This document shows, one piece after another, positions 7,629-16,848 of a stretch of DNA of 24,000 nucleotides. The stretch lies in NCBI GenBank assembly GCA_022616375.1, contig JAKEEW010000038.1, positions 1,284-25,283 on the forward strand, written 5' to 3'. A program made the translations under genes and the position numbers. The stretch's first letter is position 1, and the number at the start of each line of letters is the position of its first letter. This stretch comes from Sporichthyaceae bacterium (GTDB lineage: Bacteria > Actinomycetota > Actinomycetes > JAKEEW01). Under the pieces are notes generated by a model. The model did no database searches. It saw nothing but the letters and a program-made list of their open reading frames with translations, and was not told the origin of the DNA.

Positions 7629-8672
7629 ATGACCGACCAAAGCACGATCCCGGCCGACCTCGAAGTTCACCGCGAGGCGCCGGACCGCAACCTTGCCCTG
7701 GAGCTCGTCCGGGTCACCGAGGCTGCCGCCATGGCCGCCGGACGCTGGGTGGGCCGCGGCGACAAAAACGGCGCCGACGCGGCCGCGGTCAACGCGATGC
7801 GGGTACTGATCGGCACGGTCAGCATGAACGGCATCGTGGTGATCGGCGAGGGCGAGAAGGACCGTGCGCCGATGCTCTACAACGGAGAGCGGGTCGGCGA
7901 CGGCAGCGGTCCCGAGTGCGATGTCGCAGTCGATCCGATTGACGGCACCACGCTGACCGCGAAGGGCATGAGCAACGCGCTCTCGGTCATGGCGGTGGCC
8001 GAGCGCGGCACCATGTACGACCCGTCAGCGGTCTTCTATATGGACAAGCTCGCCACCGGGCCGGAGGCGGCCGACGTCATCGACATCGACGCCCCGGTCC
8101 GCGACAACATCGCCGCGGTCGCGAAGGCCAAGCGTGGCTCGCCTGAGGACGTGACGGTCTGCCTGCTCGACCGGCCCCGGCACGAGGAGCTTGTCGCGCA
8201 GGTCCGGGAGGCGGGCGCACGGATCAAGTTCATCACCGATGGTGACGTGGCCGGCGCGATCATGGCCGCCCGCGAGGGCACCGGCGTCGACTTGCTCTTG
8301 GGCATCGGTGGCACCCCGGAGGGCATCATCGCCGCGGCCGCGATCAAGTGCCTGGGCGGGGTGATCCAGGGCAAGCTGTGGCCGCGCGACGAGGTCGAGC
8401 GGCACAAGGCGATCGGTGCCGGCCACGACCTGGATCGGGTGCTGACCACCGACGACCTGGTCAGCGGCGAGAACGTGTTCTTCGTCGCGACCGGAGTGAC
8501 CGACGGCGAGCTGGTCCGCGGGGTTCGGTATCGGGCCGGCGGCGCCAGCACGCATTCGATCGTGATGCGGTCCAAGAGTGGCACGGTGCGGTTGATCGAG
8601 AGCTTTCACCGGTTGGCCAAGCTGCGCGCCTACGCCACGGTGGACTTCGACCATCCGGTCACCGGATCTTAA
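7629..8672 (+). CDS. glpX: Fructose-1,6-bisphosphatase class II (GlpX)
   Basis: 347 aa: [42 protein letters not shown]...[21 protein letters not shown]...[16 protein letters not shown]..., the canonical GlpX sequence. Confidence 0.95.
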   Translation: MTDQSTIPADLEVHREAPDRNLALELVRVTEAAAMAAGRWVGRGDKNGADAAAVNAMRVLIGTVSMNGIVVIGEGEKDRAPMLYNGERVGDGSGPECDVAVDPIDGTTLTAKGMSNALSVMAVAERGTMYDPSAVFYMDKLATGPEAADVIDIDAPVRDNIAAVAKAKRGSPEDVTVCLLDRPRHEELVAQVREAGARIKFITDGDVAGAIMAAREGTGVDLLLGIGGTPEGIIAAAAIKCLGGVIQGKLWPRDEVERHKAIGAGHDLDRVLTTDDLVSGENVFFVATGVTDGELVRGVRYRAGGASTHSIVMRSKSGTVRLIESFHRLAKLRAYATVDFDHPVTGS

Positions 8673-8722
8673 GCGCGGGGTCGCCAGAGGCACCGCACTA
8701 ACCGAGCTGGTGAGGTGAGTCG

Positions 8723-8767
8723 ATGTCCGTCGAGGGTGGGCCGGCGGCGAGCGAGCAATCGCCGTGA
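8723..8767 (+). CDS. Possible 14-codon upstream ORF (MSVEGGPAASEQSP) whose TGA overlaps the GTG start of the next gene
   Basis: A strong SD, GAGGTGA (8712-8718), lies 4 nt before ATG 8723. The stop TGA at 8765-8767 overlaps GTG 8764 as GTGA. GC3 is high. Alternatively this is the true N-terminus of the 144-aa gene, displaced by a frameshift. Confidence 0.3.
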   Translation: MSVEGGPAASEQSP

Positions 8768-9198
8768 AGCTGTTCAACGGCGTGTGGACGCTACTCGAGG
8801 CTGAGCAGCGCACCCGCGACCAGGACGACGACATGATCCACATGGCGCACGCCTCCAGGTATCACTGGGGCCAGATCGGCTCCGCGGTGAATCGGGCCCG
8901 CGGCGAGTGGCAGTGTTCGCGGGTCTACGCGGTGCTCGGACGGGCCGAGCCTGCTCTCTACCATGCTCGACGGACGCTCGAGTTGTGCGAGCAGCATGGG
9001 ATCGGTGACTTCGACCTCGCGTTCGCCATGGAGGCGCTGGCCCGAGCGCACGCGGTCGCCGGTGACACCGAGCAAGCCAGCGTGTGGACGGCGCGGGCGC
9101 GGGACGCAGCCGACCACATCGCCGACGCCGACGATCGGGACCTCGTCCTGGCAGATCTCGCGACCGCTTCCGCCCAGCCACAGACCCGACAGACATAA
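8764..9198 (+). CDS. Hypothetical helical protein, 144 aa
   Basis: The ORF has coding-like GC3 and predicted helices (…AHASRYHWGQIGSAVNRARGEWQCSRVYAVLGRAEPALYHARRTLELCEQHGIGDFDLAFAMEALARAHAV…). I recall similar conserved hypotheticals in actinomycetes but cannot name the family. GTG 8764 is the first start codon after an in-frame stop at 8716. Confidence 0.65.
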   Translation: MKLFNGVWTLLEAEQRTRDQDDDMIHMAHASRYHWGQIGSAVNRARGEWQCSRVYAVLGRAEPALYHARRTLELCEQHGIGDFDLAFAMEALARAHAVAGDTEQASVWTARARDAADHIADADDRDLVLADLATASAQPQTRQT

Positions 9199-9270
9199 CC
9201 CAATGAGCCGGGTTGACGTCGTGAATCTGTGGTGAGATCTGAGGCGAGGATCAACAGCAGGGGGTGGCCC

Positions 9271-10104
9271 GTGGTCACGCAGGTCTTCTTTGACGCTGAC
9301 GGACATGGTCGCGCGGTGTTCGAACTGATGCGAGTCGAGAACAGGCCAGGCAAGTATCTGGTCCGGCGCACGTTCTCCTACCGGGATCCCCAGCACCCGG
9401 AATGGGTCTTCGTGGTGCCCCAGAACCAAGACACGTTCGTCACGGATCTTGCCTCGGTGCCGCCGCTGCTGACCTGGTTAGTCCCCAAGGACGGCACCCA
9501 CACTCCGGCCGCGATCCTGCACGACAGCCTGCTCAACGAGGCCCACCAGGACGGATCCGGTAAGCCGGTGACCGGACAGATCGCTGATCACGTGTTCCGC
9601 AACGCACTGCGCTATCTCGGCGTGCCGTTCGTGCGCTCGTGGATGATGTGGTCCGCGGTCAGTTTGCGAACCCTGGTCAGCAAGGGGCAGCGGCTACGGT
9701 GGTGGTGGATCTTCCTGATCGCTGCGGTGAGTCTGGTGTTCGGCGCCGGCGGGATCATCCAGATGCTCGACCTCGTCGACGCGCCAATCTGGGACCTGGA
9801 GCTGCCGTGGATGGGTGATCGCCCGATCTGGCAGGAACTGCTCAACGCGACTCTCGCGGTGCTGGCAGTCGGCGCCGCGTCGCTGGTGCTGTGGGGTCGA
9901 TGGTGGCAGCTGGGTCTGGTCGCCGCGCTGGCTCTACCGGTGATCGCGTTCCCGCTGCTCGTGTGTGCGCTGGCCTATCTGGGCTACCTGCTGGTCGAGG
10001 GCGGGCTGTTCCTGATCCTGCGCGGTCGCCCCGCCGGTCCGGATGCGGAGCTCGCTCCGGTACCCCCTCCGCGGGTCAAGGCACTGGACGCCATGCAGTC
10101 GTAG
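9271..10104 (+). CDS. DUF1353 domain protein fused to a C-terminal multi-TM region
   Basis: The N-terminal part has the DUF1353-like pattern FSYRDP...VFVVPQNQDTFVTDLASVPPLLTWLV...HTPAAILHDSLL (TDxxSxP ... HD). The C-terminal half has about 4 hydrophobic helices (LRWWWIFLIAAVSLVFGAGGII, ATLAVLAVGAASLVLWG, LGLVAALALPVIAFPLLVCALAYLGYLLVEGGLFLIL). The start GTG 9271 follows AGGGGG (9259-9264); the track start is GTG 9229. G+C is lower than in neighbouring genes. Confidence 0.7.
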   Translation: MVTQVFFDADGHGRAVFELMRVENRPGKYLVRRTFSYRDPQHPEWVFVVPQNQDTFVTDLASVPPLLTWLVPKDGTHTPAAILHDSLLNEAHQDGSGKPVTGQIADHVFRNALRYLGVPFVRSWMMWSAVSLRTLVSKGQRLRWWWIFLIAAVSLVFGAGGIIQMLDLVDAPIWDLELPWMGDRPIWQELLNATLAVLAVGAASLVLWGRWWQLGLVAALALPVIAFPLLVCALAYLGYLLVEGGLFLILRGRPAGPDAELAPVPPPRVKALDAMQS

Positions 10105-10178
10105 CCGGCACCTGGCGCCCGACGCACCCGCAAATATCCGGCGGTGTCCTGTCGGACCCAGCCCTTACGGTTGGGACC

Positions 10179-11108
10179 ATGGAAGCCAACCGGGATCAGG
10201 TCCAGGAGCTCGCCGTCAGCCTGCGCGGCGTGGTCAAGCGCTACGGCGAGATCATCGCCGTGGACGGCTTGGATCTCGAGGTCCCGGCCGGCACCTGCCT
10301 CGGCCTGCTCGGCCCCAATGGTGCCGGCAAGTCGACCACCATGCGGATGCTGACCGCACAGACCTGCGCCGACGCGGGCGAGATCGAGGTGCTCGGCTAC
10401 CAGATCCCGCGCGAGTCCAAGCACGCCCGCGCCCTGATGGGCGTGGTGCCGCAACAGGACAACATCGACATCGAGCTCACCGCCCGGCAGAACCTCGCCG
10501 TGTTCGCCCATCTCTACCGGGTCCCGGCGGGCGAACGGCGCGCCGCCGTCGACCAGGCGTTGAAGCTGGCCCAGCTCACCGACCGGGCCGACACCAAGGC
10601 CGAGAAGCTGTCCGGCGGGATGCGCCGCCGGCTGCTGATCGCCCGCGGGCTGGTGCACACTCCGCGGCTGGTGCTGCTCGACGAGCCGACCGTGGGTCTG
10701 GACCCGCAGGTCCGCCAGGAGCTGTGGGCGCTGATCGACGCGTTGCGCAGCAACGGGGTGACAGTGCTGATGTCGACCCATTACATCGAGGAGGCCGAGC
10801 GGCTCGCCGACAACGTAGCGATCATGTCGCACGGGCGGATCGTGGCCCGGGGCACGCCGCGCAACCTGCTCGACTCCTACGCCGGCAAGGAAGCCATCGA
10901 GTACTACGGGCCGCCGGAACGGCTGCTGGAGATCGAGGCGATCGTGGCCGCGGCCGGGCTGCCGAGCCGGCGCACCGGGCCCGCGGTTTCCGTGCTGCGA
11001 GCGGAGGAGATGCCGATCTCGGTCGCCGAACAGCTCGGTCCTGGAGCATCCCGCCCCAGCAACCTGGAGGACGTGTTCGTCGTGCTGACCGGGGAGACCG
11101 TCGAATGA
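10179..11108 (+). CDS. ABC transporter ATP-binding protein, DrrA/NodI-like (ABC-2 subfamily)
   Basis: Walker A GPNGAGKST, signature LSGGMRRRLLIA, Walker B LVLLDEPTVGLD, H-loop STHYIEEAE, and a C-terminal regulatory-type extension. The start is taken at ATG 10179 (MEANRDQVQELAVSLRGVVKRYG); the track ORF from 9891 overlaps the previous gene. Confidence 0.9.
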   Translation: MEANRDQVQELAVSLRGVVKRYGEIIAVDGLDLEVPAGTCLGLLGPNGAGKSTTMRMLTAQTCADAGEIEVLGYQIPRESKHARALMGVVPQQDNIDIELTARQNLAVFAHLYRVPAGERRAAVDQALKLAQLTDRADTKAEKLSGGMRRRLLIARGLVHTPRLVLLDEPTVGLDPQVRQELWALIDALRSNGVTVLMSTHYIEEAERLADNVAIMSHGRIVARGTPRNLLDSYAGKEAIEYYGPPERLLEIEAIVAAAGLPSRRTGPAVSVLRAEEMPISVAEQLGPGASRPSNLEDVFVVLTGETVE

Positions 11109-11154
11109 GGCCCACGAAACCGCTCGCCTCGGTCACGTTTCCGCAGGGGCCCGC

Positions 11155-11976
11155 ATGAGCGCCACGACCGCCCAGCTCGGGGCCGATCCGACGGCTGGCC
11201 GGCCGCGGTTGCGCTGGTTCGAGCCGCAGTGTGTGGGCGCGGTGTGGGCTCATGAGTTTGCGCTGTTCAGGCGCTACTGGGCGTCGACCACGTTCTCCTC
11301 GGTGGTGGAGCCGACTATCTACCTGCTGGCGTTCGGGATCGGGTTCGGCTCACTGGTCTCGACCATCAACGGGATGCCCTACATCGAGTTCCTCGGCACC
11401 GGCGTGGTCGCGACCGCGGTGCTCTTTACCTCGGCGTTCGCCGGCATGTTCGTCACGTTCGTGCGCCGGATCTACCAGCAGACCTACTCGGCCGTGCTGG
11501 CCACCCCGGTCGACGTGCACGAGGTGGTGACCGCGGAGGCGTCCTGGCATGCCGCCAAGTCCGGGGTCTACGGCTGCGCGCCGCTGCTGGTGGCGATGGC
11601 GTTCGGCTTGGCGCCCAGCCTCGGCATGGTCGTGGTGCCGCTGATCGGCTTCCTGACCGGGTTTGGCTTCGCCCTGTTCGGCATCTGGACCTCGGCCGTG
11701 GTCCCGTCGATCGACAGCTTCAACTACATCATCTCGGCCGTGATCACTCCGCTGTTCCTGGTCGCCGGCACCTTCTTCCCGCTCGACGACCTGCCCGGCT
11801 GGGCCCAAGCGGCGGCCCAGTTCAACCCGCTCTACCACTGTGTAGAGCTGGTCAGGCATGCCGCATTCGGGTTCCAGCCGTGGCGCGATCTCTACCATGT
11901 CGGGGCGCTTGCGGTGTTTGCCGCCTTGATGTGGTGGCTGGCGGTCCGCTGGATGCGCAAGCGGCTCATCGACTAG
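11155..11976 (+). CDS. ABC-2 type transporter permease (NodJ/DrrB-like)
   Basis: 273 aa with about 6 hydrophobic helices. The typical ABC-2 N-terminus is present (...FALFRRYWASTTFSSVVEPTIYLLAFGIGFG...). It follows the ATPase gene by 46 nt, with AGGGG 6 nt before the ATG. Confidence 0.85.
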   Translation: MSATTAQLGADPTAGRPRLRWFEPQCVGAVWAHEFALFRRYWASTTFSSVVEPTIYLLAFGIGFGSLVSTINGMPYIEFLGTGVVATAVLFTSAFAGMFVTFVRRIYQQTYSAVLATPVDVHEVVTAEASWHAAKSGVYGCAPLLVAMAFGLAPSLGMVVVPLIGFLTGFGFALFGIWTSAVVPSIDSFNYIISAVITPLFLVAGTFFPLDDLPGWAQAAAQFNPLYHCVELVRHAAFGFQPWRDLYHVGALAVFAALMWWLAVRWMRKRLID

Positions 11977-12033
11977 GCCCGGCGAGCCCTAGGCTTGAAC
12001 CGGCAGACCATTCGGCTCAAGCACGGAGCGACC

Positions 12034-13425
12034 ATGACCGAGCAGGACTACCGCATCGAGCACGATTCGATGGGCGAGGTGCGGGTGCCCGCGCACGCGA
12101 AGTGGCGGGCGCAGACCCAGCGCGCGGTGGAGAACTTCCCGGTGTCGGGCAGCACGCTGGAGCCCTCGCACATCGAAGCGCTGGCCCGGATCAAGGCCGC
12201 GGCCGCGAAGGTCAACGCCGAGATGGCCGTGCTCGACAAGGACCTGGCCGACGCGATCATCGAGGCCGCTGCCGAGGTGACGGCCGGCCACTGGGACGAG
12301 CACTTCCCGATCGACGTGTTCCAGACCGGCTCCGGCACCTCGTCGAACATGAACACCAACGAGGTGCTCGCGTCGCTGGCCGGCGAGAAGCTCGGCCGGC
12401 CGGTGCATCCGAACGACCATGTCAACGCGAGCCAGTCCTCCAACGACGTGTTCCCGGCCTCGATCCACATCGCGGCGACCAGCGCCGTGGTGCGCGATCT
12501 CATCCCGGCGCTCGACCACCTGGCGAACGCGCTCGAGGCCAAGGCGGCCGAGTACGCACAGGTGGTCAAGTCCGGCCGCACGCATCTGATGGATGCCACG
12601 CCGGTGACCCTCGGACAGGAGTTCGGCGGCTACGCGGCTGCGGTCCGGATCGGCATCGAGCGGCTGGAGGCTACGCTGCCGCGGGTGGCCGAGCTGCCGC
12701 TGGGTGGCACCGCGGTGGGCACCGGGATCAACACCCCACCGGGATTCTCCGCTCGGGTGATCGCCGAGGTCGCGGCCGCGACCGGGCTGCCGCTGACCGA
12801 GGCCCGCGACCACTTCGAGGCGCAAGGCGCCAGGGACGGCCTGGTCGAGCTGTCCGGGCAGCTGCGCACGATCGCGGTCTCGCTCTACAAGATCAGCAAC
12901 GACATCCGCTGGATGGCGTCCGGACCGCGCACCGGCCTCACCGAGATCTACCTGCCCGACCTGCAACCCGGATCGTCGATCATGCCGGGCAAGGTGAACC
13001 CGGTCATCCCCGAGGCGATGTGCATGGTGTCCGCCCAGGTGATCGGCAACGATGCCGCGATCGCGTTCGGTGGTGCGGCCGGAAACTTCGAGCTCAACGT
13101 GATGCTGCCGATGCTGGCCCGCAACGTGCTCGAGTCGATCCGGCTCCTGGCCAACATGTCGCGGCTGTTCGCCGACAAGTGCATCGACGGGATCACCGCG
13201 AACGTCGAACGCTGTGCGGAGTTCGCCGAGTCCTCGCCGTCCATCGTGACGCCGCTGAACAAGTACATCGGCTACGAGGAGGCCGCCAAGGTCGCCAAGC
13301 AGGCCCTGGCCGAGCGCAAGACCATCAAGCAGGTCGTGCTCGAGCGCGGCTACATCGAAGCCGGCAAGCTGACCGCCGAGCAGCTCGACGAGGCGCTCGA
13401 CGTCCTGTCCATGACCCACCCGTGA
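12034..13425 (+). CDS. fumC: Class II fumarate hydratase
   Basis: [35 protein letters not shown]..., with the signature [16 protein letters not shown] (12025-12028) lies 5 nt upstream of ATG 12034. Confidence 0.95.
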   Translation: MTEQDYRIEHDSMGEVRVPAHAKWRAQTQRAVENFPVSGSTLEPSHIEALARIKAAAAKVNAEMAVLDKDLADAIIEAAAEVTAGHWDEHFPIDVFQTGSGTSSNMNTNEVLASLAGEKLGRPVHPNDHVNASQSSNDVFPASIHIAATSAVVRDLIPALDHLANALEAKAAEYAQVVKSGRTHLMDATPVTLGQEFGGYAAAVRIGIERLEATLPRVAELPLGGTAVGTGINTPPGFSARVIAEVAAATGLPLTEARDHFEAQGARDGLVELSGQLRTIAVSLYKISNDIRWMASGPRTGLTEIYLPDLQPGSSIMPGKVNPVIPEAMCMVSAQVIGNDAAIAFGGAAGNFELNVMLPMLARNVLESIRLLANMSRLFADKCIDGITANVERCAEFAESSPSIVTPLNKYIGYEEAAKVAKQALAERKTIKQVVLERGYIEAGKLTAEQLDEALDVLSMTHP

Positions 13426-14081
13426 CCGCAGCAGTACGGCCGGACCCACCGGCCCGGTGGGCGCCGGGTACCGAGATCTGTTCGACGTACCTGCATCCGA
13501 ACGGCTCGGTGGAAGGCCAGGGCGTGGTCCGGGTGATCAGGCACAACGAGACCGGCCTGGTCACGTGGCAGGCGCCGGGGTCCGAGGTGCTGTGGTCGGT
13601 GCTGGCCGACGGCGCGGAGATTCGCACCGCGCCGCTGACCGAGCGCTTCCGGCAACCGTGGAAGCAGGTCCGGCGACGCTGGCGGGGCCAGGGGGTGTTG
13701 CGGGTGTCGCCGACCGGTGTGCCGTGGACGGTGTGGTGGTTCTGGACCGAGGCCTGGCAGTTTCGCGGCTGGTACGTGAACCTCGAGCGCCCGCTCGCGT
13801 TCGGCGACCGGGAGGTCCGCACCACCGATCACATCCTGGACATCTGGGTGGATACCAATCGGCACTGGTCCTGGAAAGACCAGGACGAGCTGGTTGCCGC
13901 AACCGAGGCCGGCCGGGTCAGCCCGGCCGAGGCGGCCCAGATCCGCCGGGACGGCCGGGCTGCCGTCGAGGTGATCGAGCGCTGGGGCGCACCGTTCAGC
14001 TCCGGCTGGGAACGCTGGCGCCCGGATCCGGCCTGGCCGATCCCCGCGCCAGGGTGTGCCCTGCTCGACGACACCACCTAA
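13422..14081 (+). CDS. DUF402 (FomD/Ntdp-like nucleotide phosphatase fold) family protein
   Basis: This is the last 219 codons of the 733-aa track ORF. It contains ...[28 protein letters not shown]...WKDQDEL..., typical of DUF402. GTG 13422 overlaps the fumC stop as GTGA. The upstream part of the track ORF is antisense-style noise over fumC. Confidence 0.7.
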   Translation: MTAAVRPDPPARWAPGTEICSTYLHPNGSVEGQGVVRVIRHNETGLVTWQAPGSEVLWSVLADGAEIRTAPLTERFRQPWKQVRRRWRGQGVLRVSPTGVPWTVWWFWTEAWQFRGWYVNLERPLAFGDREVRTTDHILDIWVDTNRHWSWKDQDELVAATEAGRVSPAEAAQIRRDGRAAVEVIERWGAPFSSGWERWRPDPAWPIPAPGCALLDDTT

Positions 14082-14105
14082 GGGGTGTGTCTCGGGAGAC
14101 CCGCC

Positions 14106-15428
14106 CTAAACCGGTAACTCCTCGAGCATCTCGGTGACCAGCGCCGCGATCGGCGACCGTTCGGAACGGGTCAGCGTCACGTGGGCGAACAACGGGTGCC
14201 CCTTCAGCTTCTCCACCACCGCCACCACGCCGTCGTAGCGGCCGACCCGCAGGTTGTCCCGCTGCGCGACGTCGTGGGTCAGCACCACCCGGGAACCGGC
14301 CCCGATCCGGGACAGCACGGTGAGCAGCACGCCGCGTTCCAGCGACTGCGCCTCGTCGACGATCACGAACGCGTCGTGCAACGAGCGACCGCGGATGTGG
14401 GTCAGCGGCAGCACCTCGAGCATGCTGCGGTCGAGCACCTCGTCGAGCACGTCCTTGGCGACCACCGCGCCGAGCGTGTCGAAGACCGCCTGGGCCCAAG
14501 GCGCCATCTTCTCCGACTCGGTGCCAGGAAGGTAGCCGAGATCCTGGCCGCCGACGGCATAGAGCGGCCGGAACACCATGACCTTGCGGTGCTGGCGCCG
14601 CTCCAGCACGGCCTCCAGACCGGCGCACAATGCCAGCGCCGACTTGCCGGTGCCGGCCCGGCCGCCAAGCGAGATGATTCCTACCTCTGGGTCGAGCAGC
14701 AGGTCGAGCGCCACCCGCTGCTCGGCACTGCGGCCCCGCAACCCGAACGCTTCTCGGTCGCCGCGAACCAGTTGCACCTTCTTGTCGGAGGTCACCCGGC
14801 CCAGCCCGTGACCGCGATCGGAGGCGAGCACCAGGCCGGTGTGGCAGGGCAGCTCCCCGGCCGCATCGAGCTCGACGTGGTCTCCGTTGTAGAGCCGGTC
14901 CAGCACGTCCGAGCCCACGGTGAGCTCGGCCATCCCGGTGTAGCCGGACTCGATGACGGTCTCCGCCCGATATTCCTCGGCGGCCAGACCCACCGCCGAC
15001 GCCTTCACCCGCAGCGGAAGATCCTTCGAGACCAGCACAACCTGCTTGCCCTCGGCGGCCAGGTTGTGCGCGACCGCGAGGATGCGGGTGTCATTGTCGC
15101 CGAGCTGGAAGCCCGGCGGCAGCGCCGCCGCATCGTTGTGGTTCAGCTCGACGTGCAGGCTCCCGCCCGATGCGCCGAGCGAGACCGGGGAGTCGAGCTT
15201 GCCATGCAGCACCCGGAACTCATCGAGCAGCCGCAACGCCGCGCGGGCGAAGTACCCCAGCTCGGGGTGATGCCGCTTGGCTTCCAACTCGCTGATGACT
15301 ACGACCGGGAGGACTACTTCGTGCTCGTCGAAGCGCAATATCGCGCGGGGATCGGCGAGCAGGACGCTGGTGTCGAGGACGTAAGTTCGCCGCCGCTGGG
15401 TCGGTCGGCGCCGGACACTATTCGCCAC
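14106..15428 (-). CDS. phoH2: PhoH2: PIN-domain RNase fused to a PhoH-like ATPase
   Basis: N-terminal PIN domain ([14 protein letters not shown]..., [27 protein letters not shown]) and C-terminal PhoH domain with Walker [13 protein letters not shown] and IVDEAQ. The start is chosen at GTG 15428 (GAGAGG 6 nt upstream), giving 440 aa. The track start TTG 15566 adds 46 non-conserved codons. Confidence 0.85.
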   Translation of the reverse strand: MANSVRRRPTQRRRTYVLDTSVLLADPRAILRFDEHEVVLPVVVISELEAKRHHPELGYFARAALRLLDEFRVLHGKLDSPVSLGASGGSLHVELNHNDAAALPPGFQLGDNDTRILAVAHNLAAEGKQVVLVSKDLPLRVKASAVGLAAEEYRAETVIESGYTGMAELTVGSDVLDRLYNGDHVELDAAGELPCHTGLVLASDRGHGLGRVTSDKKVQLVRGDREAFGLRGRSAEQRVALDLLLDPEVGIISLGGRAGTGKSALALCAGLEAVLERRQHRKVMVFRPLYAVGGQDLGYLPGTESEKMAPWAQAVFDTLGAVVAKDVLDEVLDRSMLEVLPLTHIRGRSLHDAFVIVDEAQSLERGVLLTVLSRIGAGSRVVLTHDVAQRDNLRVGRYDGVVAVVEKLKGHPLFAHVTLTRSERSPIAALVTEMLEELPV

Positions 15429-15677
15429 TGGTGGCCTCTCGGGGCGGCGGTCGGATGCCACCGCCTTAGTGCGACGGTACCCGTCCCGGAGGCCGCTCAC
15501 ACGGAGCGCAACGCGCGTCTCGCAGGGTGGCCAGCCGCCTGGTCGATCCAAGCGGGTGGCCGTCAATCGCCCAGCGCTTGCGGCGCGCCGAGCAGATGGT
15601 GCAACGGAGCGGACCGGTGTTGATCACCGCTGTGGAAAGATCGGATACTGCCCGTCGGACAGCGCCAACTCCAGGAG

Positions 15678-16061
15678 GTGACCGTGCACCGCAGCAGACT
15701 TTGCGCGATCGGCATCGACGTCCCCGCGGACCAGTTCGACGCGACCGCCGCGTTCTGGGCCGGCGCGCTCGGCCGCACACCCAGTCGCGAGCCGGCCGAC
15801 GATCCCTACATCGATCTCGGCCGGCACGATCCTCCCCAGGTGTTCGTGCAGCTCATCGGCGAGCCGTCTCGACGGCTGCATCTCGACATCGAGACCGACG
15901 ACCTCGAGGCCGAGGTGGCCAGGCTCGAGCAGCTCGGCGCGACCAAGGTCACTTACATCGAGGCGGGCTGGTGGATCCTGCGTGATCCGGCCGGCAACCT
16001 GTTCTGCGTGGTTCCGGTGATCCACGACGACTTCCCGGGCAGCGCCACGGAGTGGAGCTAG
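15678..16061 (+). CDS. VOC/glyoxalase-like domain protein
   Basis: 127 aa: ...LCAIGIDVPADQFDATAAFWAGALG...LHLDIETDDLEAEVARLEQLGATKV...WWILRDPAGNLFCVV, the glyoxalase/bleomycin-resistance fold pattern. AGGAG abuts GTG 15678, so GTG 15684 may be the real start. Confidence 0.7.
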   Translation: MTVHRSRLCAIGIDVPADQFDATAAFWAGALGRTPSREPADDPYIDLGRHDPPQVFVQLIGEPSRRLHLDIETDDLEAEVARLEQLGATKVTYIEAGWWILRDPAGNLFCVVPVIHDDFPGSATEWS

Positions 16062-16078
16062 CCGACCCGGATGTCGCG

Positions 16079-16840
16079 CTAGGCGCCGAAGCGCCGGTGC
16101 CGGGCCGCGTAGTCGCGCAGCGCCCGCAGAAAATCCACCCGCCGGAAGTCCGGCCCGTAGGCCTCGCAGAAGTACAGCTCGGTGTGCGCGGACTGCCACA
16201 GCAGGAAGCCGGACAGCCGCTGCTCGCCCGAGGTTCTGATCACCAGATCGGGGTCGGGCTGCCCCTTGGTGTAGAGGTGCTCGGCGATGTGCTCCACGTC
16301 GAGGACCTCCGCAAGCTCCTCGATCGAGGTGCCCCGGCTGGCGTGCTCCTGGAGTAGAGATCGGACCGCGTCCGCGATCTCCTGCCGGCCGCCGTACCCA
16401 ACCGCGACATTGATCAACATGCCGGTCCGGTCGGCCGTGGCGGCGTCCGCCTCCTTGACCACCCGGGCGGTCTCTGGCGGGAGCAGGTCGGGCGCGCCCA
16501 CCGGATGGACCCGCCAGCGCTCGCTCGCGGCAAGATCGCGGACAACGTCCTCGATGATCCGCAGCAACGGCTCGAGCTGCTCCTTGGGCCGGTGCAGGTT
16601 GTCGGTGGACAGCAGCCACAGGGTCACCACCTCGACCCCGGCCTGCTCGCACCACTCGACCACCTCGTGGTACTTGGCAGCGCCGCGCCGGTACCCGCCC
16701 TGCGGGGTCTGTCCGGCCGCCCTGGCCCATCGGCGGTTCCCGTCGATGATCACGCCGACGTGCCGCGGCATCCGGTCCCGCGGCAGAGCCGCGGCCAGCC
16801 GCCGTTCGTAGAGCCCATACAGCAGACTGCGCACACCCAT
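16079..16840 (-). CDS. uppS: Isoprenyl (cis-prenyl) diphosphate synthase of the UppS family, Rv1086-like
   Basis: PRHVGVIIDGNRRWAR...LLSTDN...VAVGYGGRQEI...DPDLVIRTSGEQRLSGFLLWQSAHTELYF, the canonical UPP synthase family motifs. Its position relative to phoH2 and the Rv1084-like gene matches Rv1086 of M. tuberculosis. Chain-length specificity cannot be read from the sequence. Confidence 0.9.
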   Translation of the reverse strand: MGVRSLLYGLYERRLAAALPRDRMPRHVGVIIDGNRRWARAAGQTPQGGYRRGAAKYHEVVEWCEQAGVEVVTLWLLSTDNLHRPKEQLEPLLRIIEDVVRDLAASERWRVHPVGAPDLLPPETARVVKEADAATADRTGMLINVAVGYGGRQEIADAVRSLLQEHASRGTSIEELAEVLDVEHIAEHLYTKGQPDPDLVIRTSGEQRLSGFLLWQSAHTELYFCEAYGPDFRRVDFLRALRDYAARHRRFGA

Positions 16841-16848
16841 GGTCGATC

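Noticed and set aside
9891-10178. 96-codon N-terminal extension of the second ABC ATPase, overlapping the DUF1353 gene.
   Set aside because: The extension is R/G/P-rich noise read out of frame over the DUF1353 membrane domain. The conserved ABC N-terminus begins at ATG 10179.
11880-14081. 733-aa plus-strand ORF spanning fumC and the downstream gene.
   Set aside because: Only the last 219 codons (from GTG 13422) look like a real protein (DUF402). The upstream part is an out-of-frame read through fumC with an R/G-rich nonsense translation.
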